Shown one piece after another: positions 48,003 to 59,759 of a stretch of 59,759 bases of DNA; the stretch's first letter is position 1, and each line of letters starts with the position of its first letter. The notes beneath the pieces are model-generated. The model searched no databases. It had not been told where the DNA came from and worked only from the letters and a program-made list of their open reading frames with translations. Position numbers and translations under genes: made by a program. The DNA lies in contig KZ538097.1 of the NCBI GenBank assembly GCA_000934665.2, positions 124,001 to 183,759 of the forward strand. Direction: 5' to 3'. This stretch comes from Catajapyx aquilonaris. Lineage: Eukaryota.

Positions 48003-49104
48003 TATTTTACAAGAAAGCCAGCAATTGAAGAATGATGCCTAATGTAATAAGATCAGTGATGCCATACTTGTATATTGAGTCAGTAGGAGAAAAAAAAACC
48101 TCATTTACATTCTGCAGCAATTTTAACTGCCAGTAATAAGGTGATCTTGTAAGGTAGACAAGGCTAAAATATGGAATGGTTGTAGGATCAGCAGTTGGTG
48201 ATCATGATGCATGTAGGGATTGAAATGGAAATAAGTTTTTATCTCGAAAGAAAGAGTTAAGGTACAGCCTACTGATCCAGTTCTGAAGCAGAAAATGATC
48301 CACAGTAATACATTTTAAGTGATAGGTATCACAATGCCAAAATATTGCAACTTAATGTAAAATGTATGTTCACTTAAATTGCTGGCATTGTTAGCTATCA
48401 ATACTACTTTTGAGGTTATGTAACTGTAGTTTTAGTACATCTATATAAATAAATAGTATAATAAGAGGAATAATGGCTTAAGGCTGGTTGGAGTAGGTCA
48501 GATATATTGAGAAACACATTTAATGTAGTACATTTACACTTACATTGTGTAACAATTGCCAACAATGGGTAACATACATTAAATCTGAGATTCGTAATGT
48601 TTCAGACTGGTGCAGTCAACCCTGGTGAACTTGAGTAGACAGTGCTCACGAAGATCAGATTAAAAAGTAGTTATTGTGTTCTAAAAAATTTTGAAACCAA
48701 ATGTGGCATATATTTCAACCTGTTTCATGTGTCTAGGGGCCTGGAATTCAAGATGTTATAGATCTTAAATGAATTATTGTAAGTTTGGGCATTGAATTAT
48801 TATTGCAGTCATGTAGAGGGTGTTGAGTAATATCTGCATAATGGGCACATAGGACAACTTCTTGACCTATTCCAAACCAACATACCCAGTGCCATTTTGG
48901 CTTGGAGACATCATTAGTGTGTAGTAGTGATTTATTTTATGCAGCTTCTCCACATGAATGATAGGGAATAGCCAATTGGTTATGACATATCTCACCATCC
49001 ATGTCATATGACTTATGAGCAGGATACTTGATGTCATTCACTCAGGGACGTTACAGGAATGTAATGGCTATCATATGCTGCAGGGATCCTTACCACTCAA
49101 AATG

Positions 49105-49123
49105 GATGATTATGATGATGATG

Positions 49124-49198
<75 letters not shown>
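49105..49198 (+). repeat. Compound microsatellite (ATG)n(ATT)n(AGT)n
   Basis: Read directly from the sequence. Confidence 0.9.
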
Positions 49199-49199
<1 letters not shown>

Positions 49200-49200
<1 letters not shown>

Positions 49201-49440
49201 GGTACAGGGCGGTGTAGTGGTAAGCACCATAGTTTCCCACCTCTGAGGTTACGAATTTGATCCCCACTATGGGTAGAGTACTCGCATATAAGATTTTCAG
49301 TGGGATATGTCCATATTTGCGTGGTTTTTCTTGAGATTCTGTTTCCTCCCACAATCAAAATCCATCAGCAGCGCAGGCAAGTTAATAAAGATGGGTATTG
49401 AAAGGAGGATACTCCATAGGCCTATCATGGGGTCAAATAT
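49200..49440 (+). mobile_element. Degenerate SINE, family B
   Basis: ggcggtgtagtggtaagcacc head, gtttcctcccacaatcaaaatccatca core, ctatcatgggg tail. Confidence 0.7.
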
Positions 49441-51310
49441 TAATAATTAGAATTTGTGTACTTTGCAAGTGACAATGTTTACTTTGGCTTGTAGCCATAT
49501 ACAAGATTTTAATGCATGAAAGGATAAAATGATGTATGAGACTTGACTGTGATAAGTAATTTTTGACCTAATTATGTAGAGATTTTGGTAAACTATCTGT
49601 TAGACTACTGTGATTATTTGTAGGATTATTTGTACATTAAAATTGTCCTTACCTAATCTCAAGTGATTCTTGCACATTGGTGTTGTGAGTTATGTCTTGT
49701 GCCTATTAATAGCACTTAGAATATTTTGGTAGAGTCAGGTTACATAAGGCAGAATGTCTCATTTTTCATTCAATTTTGCTAGCTGAAAGCAAAGGGTAAA
49801 TGTTGATAACATAATTACAGACTTGGAATGAATAAATAAGTATATCTGATATATCTGCTCTGTAATGTAGTAGCCATTAAAAGTTTTTTTGAAAAGCCAG
49901 TTGTAAGCCATATTGCTAGATTGAGCACACACGCAGGACACAAGTTGGGATTTTGGATGAGCTACATGTTGGATTCCTTATAGTCCACCATTCATGTTAC
50001 ATTAGAAGTTACTGCCCATAATTAATGGCATTTGACAAACTAGGTATGGTGAAGGTATTCCAGATGCATTTATCTCAGAATCCTTGATTAGCTGCGCATT
50101 CACAGTAGTGAGTCTTGATAAGTGCATGTTATTGACCTGTAGGTTATTTTGCTGCTAACATTGAGAACCTGTGATATGTAGAGTAGACATTTTACTTGAT
50201 CGTATACTATCCATTCTTAGAAGATAATAATGTTATCCCATTGTCATTGCAAGAAGAAATTCTGGGATGAAATATCAGCTGGTCTTATAATACGACACAG
50301 GTGGACTAATCAGGAGCGATATGTATTATCTGCACATGTTCACACTCACAGCACCCATGTACTACCTGCATTAGATCATCAAGGTGGTGGTTTCTGAGCA
50401 AGGATTTTATTTATGGGTGACAATTTTGAGTGATGGTTGTTAAAACCTTAACCTGCAGTGATCACATGCCGTGAGTGTGTGTCTGTCTCTCTTGTCTGTC
50501 TGAAACTAAATTATCAGATGCTGTGGTCCAATTCTGCCACGAGTCAATCTAAAATTAGCAATGTTATTTTGCTTGTGCAGCAAGCAGAGTCATGACTCAA
50601 GCATCTGATTCCAAAAGTTGCATTAAAAACCGTTTTTGCTATCCTGTCCTGTGGACCTGTGCCACCGTCATGATTCCAATAATGAAACACAGCCTGCCTT
50701 GCTGAGGTGTAAGTTTTAACTTGGTTTCCTTTGCTTGGCAATAGTTTGTGCCTTAATGTTTGTAGAAGATAAAACCGTGGCAAAGCAGTAGTATCATGGA
50801 ATGTGAATGGTACTTTCTAAAGCAGAACATGGTATCATAGTTGATCTGACAAAAGGACGAATTCAGCATTTGCATAATTTTACAGGAAATCTAAAAGAAA
50901 CCTGCAAATTGCTATACAAATACATAGGATGGCTCAAGGTGGAGGATTTTCAACACGTTTCTGTCTCACGTGTTAAAATCCTGTTCCAATTGGCGATTTT
51001 TTAATGGAACTGGAACTTTTATGCAGCGTGGTGTCACTGTGCTCACTGTGTCACTGTGCATGGCCAAAGAAAAACAGACACGATTATAGAGTGCAGTGGC
51101 AAATTTTATTTAAAATATGTGATGTTGATGGGCTGAAATGCAAAGTCTACTCCTGTCCTAACCATTCTGGCTCCCTGGTGGCATGGAAAAGTTAGCCTTT
51201 CAAGGATTTTAGCAGTGTTAGGAGCGCAGTAGGAGGCATACAGTATTCCTCCTGGACATGAATGTTAATTCTTATTTTTCTTTAATAAAAACAGCTGAGT
51301 AGCATCAGCC

Positions 51311-51449
51311 ATGTCTTCGGCCACATTTGTGGACCGCATCGACCCTTTTGCCAAGAGGTCCCTGAAGAAGAAGCAGAAGAAGTCACAGGGGTCCTCGAGG
51401 TACCGCACCAGCAATGATGTGGAGCTCCAGCCTCTTCCCCTTCTCAAAG
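51311..51449 (+). CDS. wdb: PP2A B56 regulatory subunit (widerborst-like), first coding exon
   Basis: gccATG start. MSSATFVDRIDPFAKRSLKKKQKKSQGSSRYRTSNDVELQPLPLLK. Acceptor at 51294, donor g|gtctag. Confidence 0.92.
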
Positions 51450-51726
51450 GTCTAGTTGGAGATTTCTTATTCCATTTATTGGTGTAACCATATGTGAAGA
51501 ATTTTTGCTGCAAGAGGATTCTAGTAATTAAAATTAATGTACTTAGCTGTGGGGGTGGTCTCGAAGATTACAGTGGAGAAATAAATGGTATTGCATGGAT
51601 ATTACTCATACAAATGACGTGACAACCATCCTCTGTCAGTCACATTTTATGCGTCACATTGTTGTATTAGCAGGCCATAAAGTAATTTGTCCCCTGATAT
51701 TTTTGGACCGTTGCTAATTTTTTATA

Positions 51727-52139
51727 CAGGGTGGTCCAACTTCAAGTGTCGTTTTATAACGGCGATTAATAGCAGTGATTTTGCGATGACGTAGCAGCGA
51801 CGTGTAAAATGTCCCACTTCGGCGCCATCGAAAATATTAGCTGCCAATAGCAGCACACATGTAATCAACCCTGCTGCTGGGTTGACCTGGAAAAAAGGTG
51901 GTGCACACATGACCTGCGATGCGTCTGGGTGAAATGGGTGACGTCCAAGGCACCAGATTGGCATTGGTGCGATGGTGCCGCATGTGGTTGCACAGGGTTC
52001 ATTACATGTGTGCTGCTATTGGCAGCTAATATTTTCGATGGCGCTGAAGTGGGCCATTTTACATGTGGCTGCTACGATAATCGTAAAGCGCTTCTATAAA
52101 TAGCCGTTATAAAACGACACTTGAAGTTGGACCACCCTG
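51727..52139. mobile_element. Tc1/mariner-type MITE
   Basis: TA|cagggtggtccaacttcaagtgtcgttttataacggc ... gccgttataaaacgacacttgaagttggaccaccctg|TA. Confidence 0.88.
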
Positions 52140-52411
52140 TATAAAAATCTGGAATTGCCCTCTGCTACTTTGGTTTCCTAGCATGGATCCTATCCAATCC
52201 TATCCTAGCTTAGTGTGGAATCATACGTACCACTGGAAGGCCTCTTAAAGTTCTGTCCACTCAGGTTTGGTACAAAACATGTTCATGTCTACTTGCCATC
52301 AGTTCCAAGTTAGTGATGGAAATGCATGAAATATGACGAGTGTCTAAATATTAACTTTGATATAATATTTCACATACATATAATATTAATATGGTTTTTG
52401 TTCATCTGCAG

Positions 52412-52608
52412 ATGTTCCATCTTCAGAACAAGAGGAGTTGTTTATACGTAAATTGAGGCAGTGCTGTGTGAACTTTGACTTCTTGGATCCAGTGGCTGAT
52501 ATAAAAGGCAAGGAGGTTAAGAGGGCCACCCTCAATGAGCTAGTTGACTACATCACAGCAGGAAGGGGAGTCCTCACAGATCCTGTGTATCCTGAGATCA
52601 TACGAATG
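52412..52608 (+). CDS. wdb: PP2A B56 coding exon 2
   Basis: [65 protein letters not shown], donor gtatgt. Confidence 0.95.
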
Positions 52609-54166
52609 GTATGTCCTTTGTGGCACTTAATCAGAAACTGATTGCATGCACCCATGCATATGTAGTTTGGTCTACTCAGGACCATTTTAGCAACATTGCA
52701 TGTTGATCACTTTAATTGAACTAGGGCCAAAACTAATGGCGATTAAATGGGGTTCCTGTACTGACTGCAACTGCTACTTTGAGTAAGTTGGGGGGGGGGA
52801 TAACCTCAACTTCCAGAGGCTCCAGTCCTGAGACAGACTTCCTCCCTTGAGGACACAAATTCTCACTGCCACTCTCTTAACCTAACCTTGTACATCTTTC
52901 CACATATGGTGGCATAGAAAAATAAGAAATAGCTTTTAGACTTTTCCTCATCGAAAAAAAAAGTCTTACAGAATGGCTCTGTTTGTCTGTCCATCTGTGG
53001 AGAGGTATCAGGGCCTAAACTACGATATAGCGACAAAGTTTTCGGATTTGGATTTAGTGGACACTGAATAGGTTTCATTGCCAACTTCCAGTGACTGGCC
53101 ACTTCCGGTTTTCCGGGTCCACTCTATCCGCCAAGGTCAAGTCTAGAGGCAGGTGTTCTTGGGTCCCTTGGAACTGGGTAATCGATTATAACAAAGAGTG
53201 ATATTTACTAAAGGCTATGAAAACATTTACCATTTGATGATACTGATAGCGATCAAACTGGCATGTGCTATTGAAAGAGCCAACATGCTTAAAATTATGC
53301 AGGGAATGGATTTCAATAGATTTAAATTTAATTTGGCCAAATCATTGTCTAATGGCACTCCACAGTCCTGGAAGAATACATTGACCTAGGATGCCCAATT
53401 ACAATTTTGGATCTGAAATTTTACTATGCCTAGTGCAAAGTGCCTTATAAGTTACAGCTGGTAGTCTTTTATAATCTGTTTTAGTCCAGCGTATGATGCA
53501 TTTCAAGAGTCCCTTTATCATTATGTACTCAACTTTAATTCTGCCCTATTCCAGTTGCAGAAAGCAATAAGTCACTTCTTACCAATAGTACCTGGACACA
53601 ACCTACTGCAACAGTCCACAGCCAATCATATTTCTAATGTGTGAAAAATAAAATGATAGAACATGGCTTGAGAGAGACTGAGTGAAGTGTGCAAAGCTTC
53701 TGCAGAATTTTTGGGGTGCTTTTATGTGATTGATATGAGCGTTCTTTACCATGTATAGTATAGGCAGTGTTTGGAATCAAATAAAACAACTAATCTTGAA
53801 ATTAGCCAAATTCAATTGGAATGGCCTATGTTAGTATGGCACATTGAGAGTCAGTTTGGAATTTATTTTCAAAATCTTTGATTGCAAGCAGGATGTATTC
53901 TACTCCTAATTTTATGTGATATACAAATAACTTAATTTTTGTATTTACAAATCAAAATTTACATCAATCCGATTTTTTAAATTGATCAATCAATGGGTAA
54001 GGAAGACACTGCATGCCCACATATTGCTTGAAATATTCTCCTTTGTGGTCACACGTTTCGATTGGCTGCTGCCTGGTGCCGATCACTCATTCCCCACCCA
54101 GCCTGTCCCATTTCGATCTTAGGAGGGGTAATCATACAGACAAAATTTAGTTTTTTTTTGCATATG

Positions 54167-54436
54167 CAGGGTGTTCCAAAAAAAATCGTGGGTTGTTAAC
54201 TGATATTGCCAATAATAGTATATTTTTTTGTAGCTTATTGTGCCCCTAACCAGATGCCCCTTATTGTGCCCCTAACCAGATGCCCCATTCTATAGCTATA
54301 TTCGACCCCATGGGAGTCGAATATAGCAGTTGAAATAGAATGAGGCACCTGGTTAGGGCCACAACAAGCTACAAAAAAAATAACACTAGGGTGATATCAG
54401 TTTTTTAAAAACGACCTGCGAATTTGGAACACCCTG
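54167..54436. mobile_element. Tc1/mariner-type MITE
   Basis: cagggtgttccaaa ... tttggaacaccctg. Its interior hairpin is related to about 57085-57258. Confidence 0.7.
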
Positions 54437-54462
54437 TATATGGTGCATCTACTGTATAAGTA

Positions 54463-54624
54463 CAGTGTTGGACATGAATCGAGTCATACTGCTAGTGACA
54501 TTTTCCGACGCAGCAGAAGAACAAATCTTGCTCGCACGGCTTGCACTAACGATATCTTAGATTTGTTCTTCTGCCGCATTGGAAAATGTCGCTAGCAGTA
54601 TGACTCGATTAATGTCCAACACTG
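54463..54624. mobile_element. Hairpin MITE, TA-flanked
   Basis: TA|cagtgttggacatgaatcgagtcatactgctag ... ctagcagtatgactcgattaatgtccaacactg|TA. Confidence 0.82.
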
Positions 54625-55764
54625 TACTGTATTAGTATAATTGGCCACGGTCATGTTGCAGATGGTATCCGCAATTGGTATAATTTGACTACTCTCCCAT
54701 AGCAATTTGACTACTCCCCCCTCTAGCCACACACCCACAAAAGCCTCCACATAAAACTACATCCTTGACTCTTGCTGTCACCTATGTGATATCACTCCAA
54801 TACAGGTTAAAGATTGGATGATGGGTTTCTTGGCCATCAAGAGAGAGGGAGTCTGCTGTAGAACAAAAGCCTGAGTTGAACATGGATAAGGGCATGGAAT
54901 ATGCTTTGCATACTACAAATTGGAAACAAACCTAATTTTCCTGGCATTAGGTCTTGTTACTATTCCCTCAAGATGGAGTTCGTCAGACTGAACAGTGGGG
55001 TCCTAGCCTACATTTTGAAAACCTGTGTAAAAAATCATCCATATTTTAAAATGCATTTTGGTGTTTTTTGAACGAAGAAATAAGTTTTAATTTTTCAGCA
55101 ATAATCGATTTTATGATATGGTATTGCCATCCCCCTGACATAAGTGATGTCACTCACATGACACACATTGGCTCGAGACAGCAGTGCTGAGGCAGGAATG
55201 CTTCCGGGCTCGCCACCTGTCATCCAAACTGCTTTGTTCCTTCTTGGGGCTCTGTGCCAGTGCCTGCTACAGGTCGCCCTGTGGTGTATCTACCTGGCTT
55301 CTACCCCCAGGAGGGGATGGAATGCACCCTAGGCCACAATTTGAAAGTGACTTTTGAACCTCATACAATTTATCGAGGAATGGCATTTTGGTGCTGTAAA
55401 GTGGTGGGATGCGTGTTTACTTGTATGGTTGAGCTATTTGTGTACAAATTTCCCAAATCCCAGACCAAGGCTAGGACCCCATTGGCATGCACCTGATGTA
55501 TTCTGTGATAGCTTAACATTGAATTTATTCATTACTCATCAAACCCTGTCATTTTGTTAAACAGAACCCAGGTGGATATGTATTGTAATTCTGCAATTGT
55601 GTTGGGACCACAGCAGCACCACTCCATTTCCCCTATAGAAGACTAGTTTGAAGATGGATGGTGGAGCTGGTGGGTGGGTAGATCAGGGGTCACCCTTGAG
55701 GGACAGCCAATGCAATGGTGGGACTCATTCCATCCCACGTGACTAATGCCTCTGCATCCAAAAC

Positions 55765-56066
55765 AGGCCCAGGTCACCCCCGTTTTGCATGAGCGTTCCT
55801 GATCACCACCACCAAGGGGGGTTGGCCACGGGTGGCGCCCGAGTCATGCACCATGATGGTCACTCCTTACCTAGTGGCCAATTCTGAAGCATTTTCCACG
55901 GGGTGTTGACGCCTCTATGTCTGGTTCAGAATTGGCTTCTAGGTAAGGCATGACCATCTTAGTGCATGACTCTGGCGCTGCCCGTGGCTAACCCTCCTTG
56001 GTGGGGGAGATCAGCGAAGCTGACAGGGGGAGCAATGTATAAGGTATACGAGTGATCGGGGCCTGG
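55765..56066. repeat. Imperfect long hairpin (MITE-like)
   Basis: ctgatcaccaccaccaagggg...aattctgaa pairs with ttcagaatt...ccttggtgggggagatcag. Confidence 0.65.
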
Positions 56067-56160
56067 TCCGAAATATCCAACTTTATCTCCATTTTGTGAA
56101 TCATTGGCCCTGAGGCAAAATGTGTGGTATGCGGATGGAGTTTTTAAAGGGTCGAGACTT

Positions 56161-56254
56161 GTACTATGGGCGCCAAAAGAATTGACCGGAGTTGATGGGT
56201 ATATGGCGCTATATACCCATCAACTCCGGTCAATTCTTTTGGCGCCCATAGTAC
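56161..56254. repeat. 94-bp essentially perfect palindrome
   Basis: gtactatgggcgccaaaagaattgaccggagttgatgggtatat-ggcgct-atatacccatcaactccggtcaattcttttggcgcccatagtac. Confidence 0.92.
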
Positions 56255-56368
56255 CTAGTGGAAATCAATTTATCCAGGGCATCTCTTCCACAATTAGTGA
56301 ATCCCGTGCCTGATGTTGGTGAATTTTGTTCAATTTTGTCTGATGTAGAATTTTTGTCTTCTTGTCAG

Positions 56369-56470
56369 ATTGCCTGCAACCTCTTCCGTACGCTTCCCCC
56401 CAGTGAAAACCCTGATTTTGACCCTGAGGAAGATGATCCCACACTGGAGGCTTCATGGCCACATTTACAA
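56369..56470 (+). CDS. wdb: PP2A B56 coding exon 3 (gene continues beyond the window)
   Basis: [34 protein letters not shown] is the B56 signature, donor gtaggt. Confidence 0.95.
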
Positions 56471-58517
56471 GTAGGTATTTAGTGTTTTTAAAACTAATAT
56501 ACCCATATACAGAGTGTTCCAATTGAAATGCCCTTAGTGATATTTTAGCACTATGCTGCTAATTTTATGCAGTTTTTTTGGAAGTTTATCTTATGGGTTA
56601 GCAAAAAAATATTATCTGCTGGCAACAGATTTCAATGCTTGTGGGCCATTCTGAGAGGTGTTTATAGCGAGAAATACCAGAACTTGATAATGATAGGTAA
56701 AAAATTTAATGCGTGATCATGAATCCACCCAGTGCAGGGGAGAGGGGAGGACAAGAGTTACATTTTCAGCTTCATTGCCTAAGACTGACTGCCTATACAT
56801 TGTACCTGTGTGCTGTTTGAGGGGAAACACTCTTTTTGAGCATTGTAACAAAAAGCCAGAGGGGATGTGAACATGCTACATGTTTTTTGCGTAATTAGGT
56901 TTATATATATTTTTCCAGAGAAGAAGGTACTCCTAGAACTTGCGACACTGTGGTGTAGTTATTTTTTCCCTTGGAATGGAATACAATAAGTTAATATTGA
57001 TAGCTCATAAAAGTTCCAAAGTAACTGATTAAAATAAGCATCTTGGTGTCAAGAAATTGCTAACCACTAAGGGCATTTCAGTAGTAGTAATTTTTGTGTA
57101 GCTTGATGCACCCCGATTCAGGTGCCCCATTCCTCCCAGGTGGTCGAATGTAGCAGTTGCTAGAGAATAGGGGACCTGAATTGGGGTGCATCAAGCTACA
57201 AAAAATAACAGCTTCGAGCGAAATATTCTGTAACTAATATACTTGGAACACCCTGCATACAGTGAAACCTGTCTGTAGTAGAATCTTTTTCAGGAAAGTG
57301 TTTTATGATTCATAAGTTATTATATCCATAGACAGGTACTTTCTCTGCAGGTCCAACAAGGAAGAAACACTGCTTATAAATATTCAGATTATGTAGGTGA
57401 TTAAAATAACCAAAAAGTATTAAGTTACATTGAAAGCAGTTGAGAGTATGTTTACCTCCAAAATAGCAATAATGACATGACATATGATAAACATAAATTT
57501 ATTATGGAAATGAGTGCCACAAGCCAGTGTAATGATATTTTGATACATGGCCTATAGATAATCGAAATAAATGGCTATCAGACATTACCTTTTTCTGCAT
57601 TGCAAGAGGAGTGGTACAGAGTTGTAATGAACTGCTGCAAGTAACCTGTACTTTCTTCTTACTGGAAATCAGCTAAATAGGCCAAAATTCTGTGATGAGT
57701 TCTTGTTGGACCAACCTGTATATGAACCACAAGTGGTGGGAAAATCTGATACCAGCATGATGCTACAGGTAGAGAATACCATTCTTAATCAAAAAGTTAT
57801 GTGGAGTTTTGTTGTGTAAGTTATGGCTGAGGTGCAACACCCAAAGCTTGGGCAAAAAATTTTAAATAACGATTTGGTAAGTATTGAGTTGTCTAAACAC
57901 CAGTAATGTACAGAATGAGCAATAATCACTCACTAGCCCAGTTTTACATGCGATTACTTATCTGTATGCCCTATTCATACAAATAATGAAGATCCAGTTA
58001 TGTGCCAAAGTGCACCAAGAAAATTGAATTTCAACCACTAAAGCCTGTTCCACAAAAAAAGACTTGGCATTTCGTCTCCGCATTTCTACACGAGCTGTGA
58101 AACTCCAAGGCAATAGGCGGTGGATTGCCACAGAGGAAAACGCAGCTGCAATCTACACACACACACACCCACACACACCCACACACATACAAAAAAAAAC
58201 CCTGTCGTGGTTAAGATACCTTTCTCTCTCTCAGCATCGCACGACAAAATTTTATATGAATTGGCTTGATGCATGCATCATACACCCTGAACGTCGCGTC
58301 TTTTTTTTTTTTTTTTTGTGAAACAGGCTTAAAACTTAAGACTTAGGCCAGAAATTTTGCAATATGTTGGCTCAGCACCATTCTAATCAGATTCAAGTGA
58401 CAGGCTGTAGCAACTGGTACTATTAAGTGCATAATTTGCATTAAATGAGATGTTGATTAAAATAAATCAAAAACTGCCCAGTGATTTGGGTAACAATCAC
58501 CAACCTTGTACCAAAAG

Positions 58518-58522
<5 letters not shown>

Positions 58523-58548
<26 letters not shown>

Positions 58549-58901
58549 GTAATAATAATCATCATAATAATCATAATTCTGGGTAAGTGCTTTCACCCCC
58601 GGTGGGGGTATATCACACGGAACCTTTATTGTACTATTGTACATTGGAACCTACTAATTGCAACGCCCGGGCCCACGGGCAGGATGACAGGAGGGGATGT
58701 GCAAAGTGCAGTGCACGGACTGATATGGGTACATTTGTGAACTCCCCCGGGTGGATATGTCTATTGGAGATTCCACCCGAGACGAAGCCAGAGACGACCT
58801 AAACTCTGCACGAGATGAATGGGGTGTCCCCGGGCTGGGATAGAACCCAGGACCTTAACATCCGTGGGCGCATACGTTACCGCAGCACCACTCCGCCTCC
58901 C
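58523..58901 (-). mobile_element. tRNA-derived SINE, family C, full length with (ATT)n tail
   Basis: 16-bp TSD tgtaccaaaagtataa (58507 and 58902), tRNA-like head on the minus strand. Confidence 0.88.
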
Positions 58902-59759
58902 TGTACCAAAAGTATAACGTCAAGCCATTATACTATTTAAAATTACAAGGAGACTTTAAATGCTCTGGGTTCTTCACACTTACATCGGGGCTAAATCACA
59001 GCTTTCTGATGGGCACAACCATCTTTGATTGATCTCCAGTTTTCCATTTAAAATGTTTAACTCACTGCATGTGGGTGGAATGCAATCCGCTGGTTAAATG
59101 GCACAAAGCCACAGATAGCTCTTAACAAACCTTTAAATTATTGGTGGAAGCAGGCCTCAGTGAGGCATTTCTTAGTCCGTTATGGACATAATGTTCGGGC
59201 AAATTTCTGCCTACCAAAATTATTATTTGGAACTTTTTGCCCAAACATTTCAGGACTAGACCACCTCAGCTGTGATTTTTACCACAAAATGTCAGAGGAC
59301 TCTTTGGTTTAGAAAGGTATCTTCTACATGTGGTGTCATGGTGGTATAATGTATATTCCAAGCACCCTGTACAGTCGACTCCCTCTATAAAGAAATTGAA
59401 GGGAACAAAAATTTCTTTCGTTATATGTGAAATTAGTTATATAAAAAAACGCGTTTAAACCTCACTTTTTTCGATATTTAGGCGTTATATTAAGCCCTGG
59501 TAGCGAAATAAATAGTTTAAAAATTCTTCCGCGCTAAATTAGATTATCTCACAAAGCACCGCGCGAAGTCGACAATAATAATAAGCTACAGCAATTTGGC
59601 CGATCAGCTAACCCGCAGCGCGAGCATAATATGCCCGCCATAATCTCACAAGTAGTAGATCCAAGGGGGGAAAGAGGAAATGTTGGGGAAAGATGATAAG
59701 GAAAGGTCAGGCTCTTATCTCCAGTGAAGGTTTTAACCACCTGCCTCCTTCCATTGGGG

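Noticed and set aside
49028..49354. Poly-I/S/T/N ORFs (also 24101-24446 and 58441-58740)
   Set aside because: Translations of trinucleotide microsatellites and SINE tails.

Overview
Eukaryotic genomic DNA, most likely from an arthropod or insect (spliceosomal GT-AG introns, a widerborst-like B56 N-terminus, tRNA-derived SINEs, many MITEs). Four protein-coding genes can be reconstructed from spliced exons. (1) The 3' part of an MSK/RPS6KA5 (JIL-1-like) dual kinase on + (710-4278). (2) A divergent WDR92/DNAAF10 WD40 gene on + (25188-31810), whose first coding exon I could not find. (3) JKAMP on - (41442-32454), convergent with WDR92. (4) The 5' part of a PP2A B56 regulatory subunit (wdb/PPP2R5) on + (51311 onward), divergent from JKAMP across a CpG-rich promoter at about 44.9-46.7 kb. 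The rest is a dense transposon landscape: at least four tRNA-SINE families, many Tc1/mariner, pogo, PIF, Kolobok, hAT, CACTA and P-like MITEs (often nested), decayed Sola-like, mariner-like and LINE remnants, and a 1.9-kb foldback palindrome. I found no evidence for a prokaryote-style novel system. The most interesting signals are a covarying 3' RNA structure shared by unrelated SINE families, SINE tail swapping, uORFs over the JKAMP start codon, the missing WDR92 5' exon and a possible WDR92/JKAMP antisense overlap.
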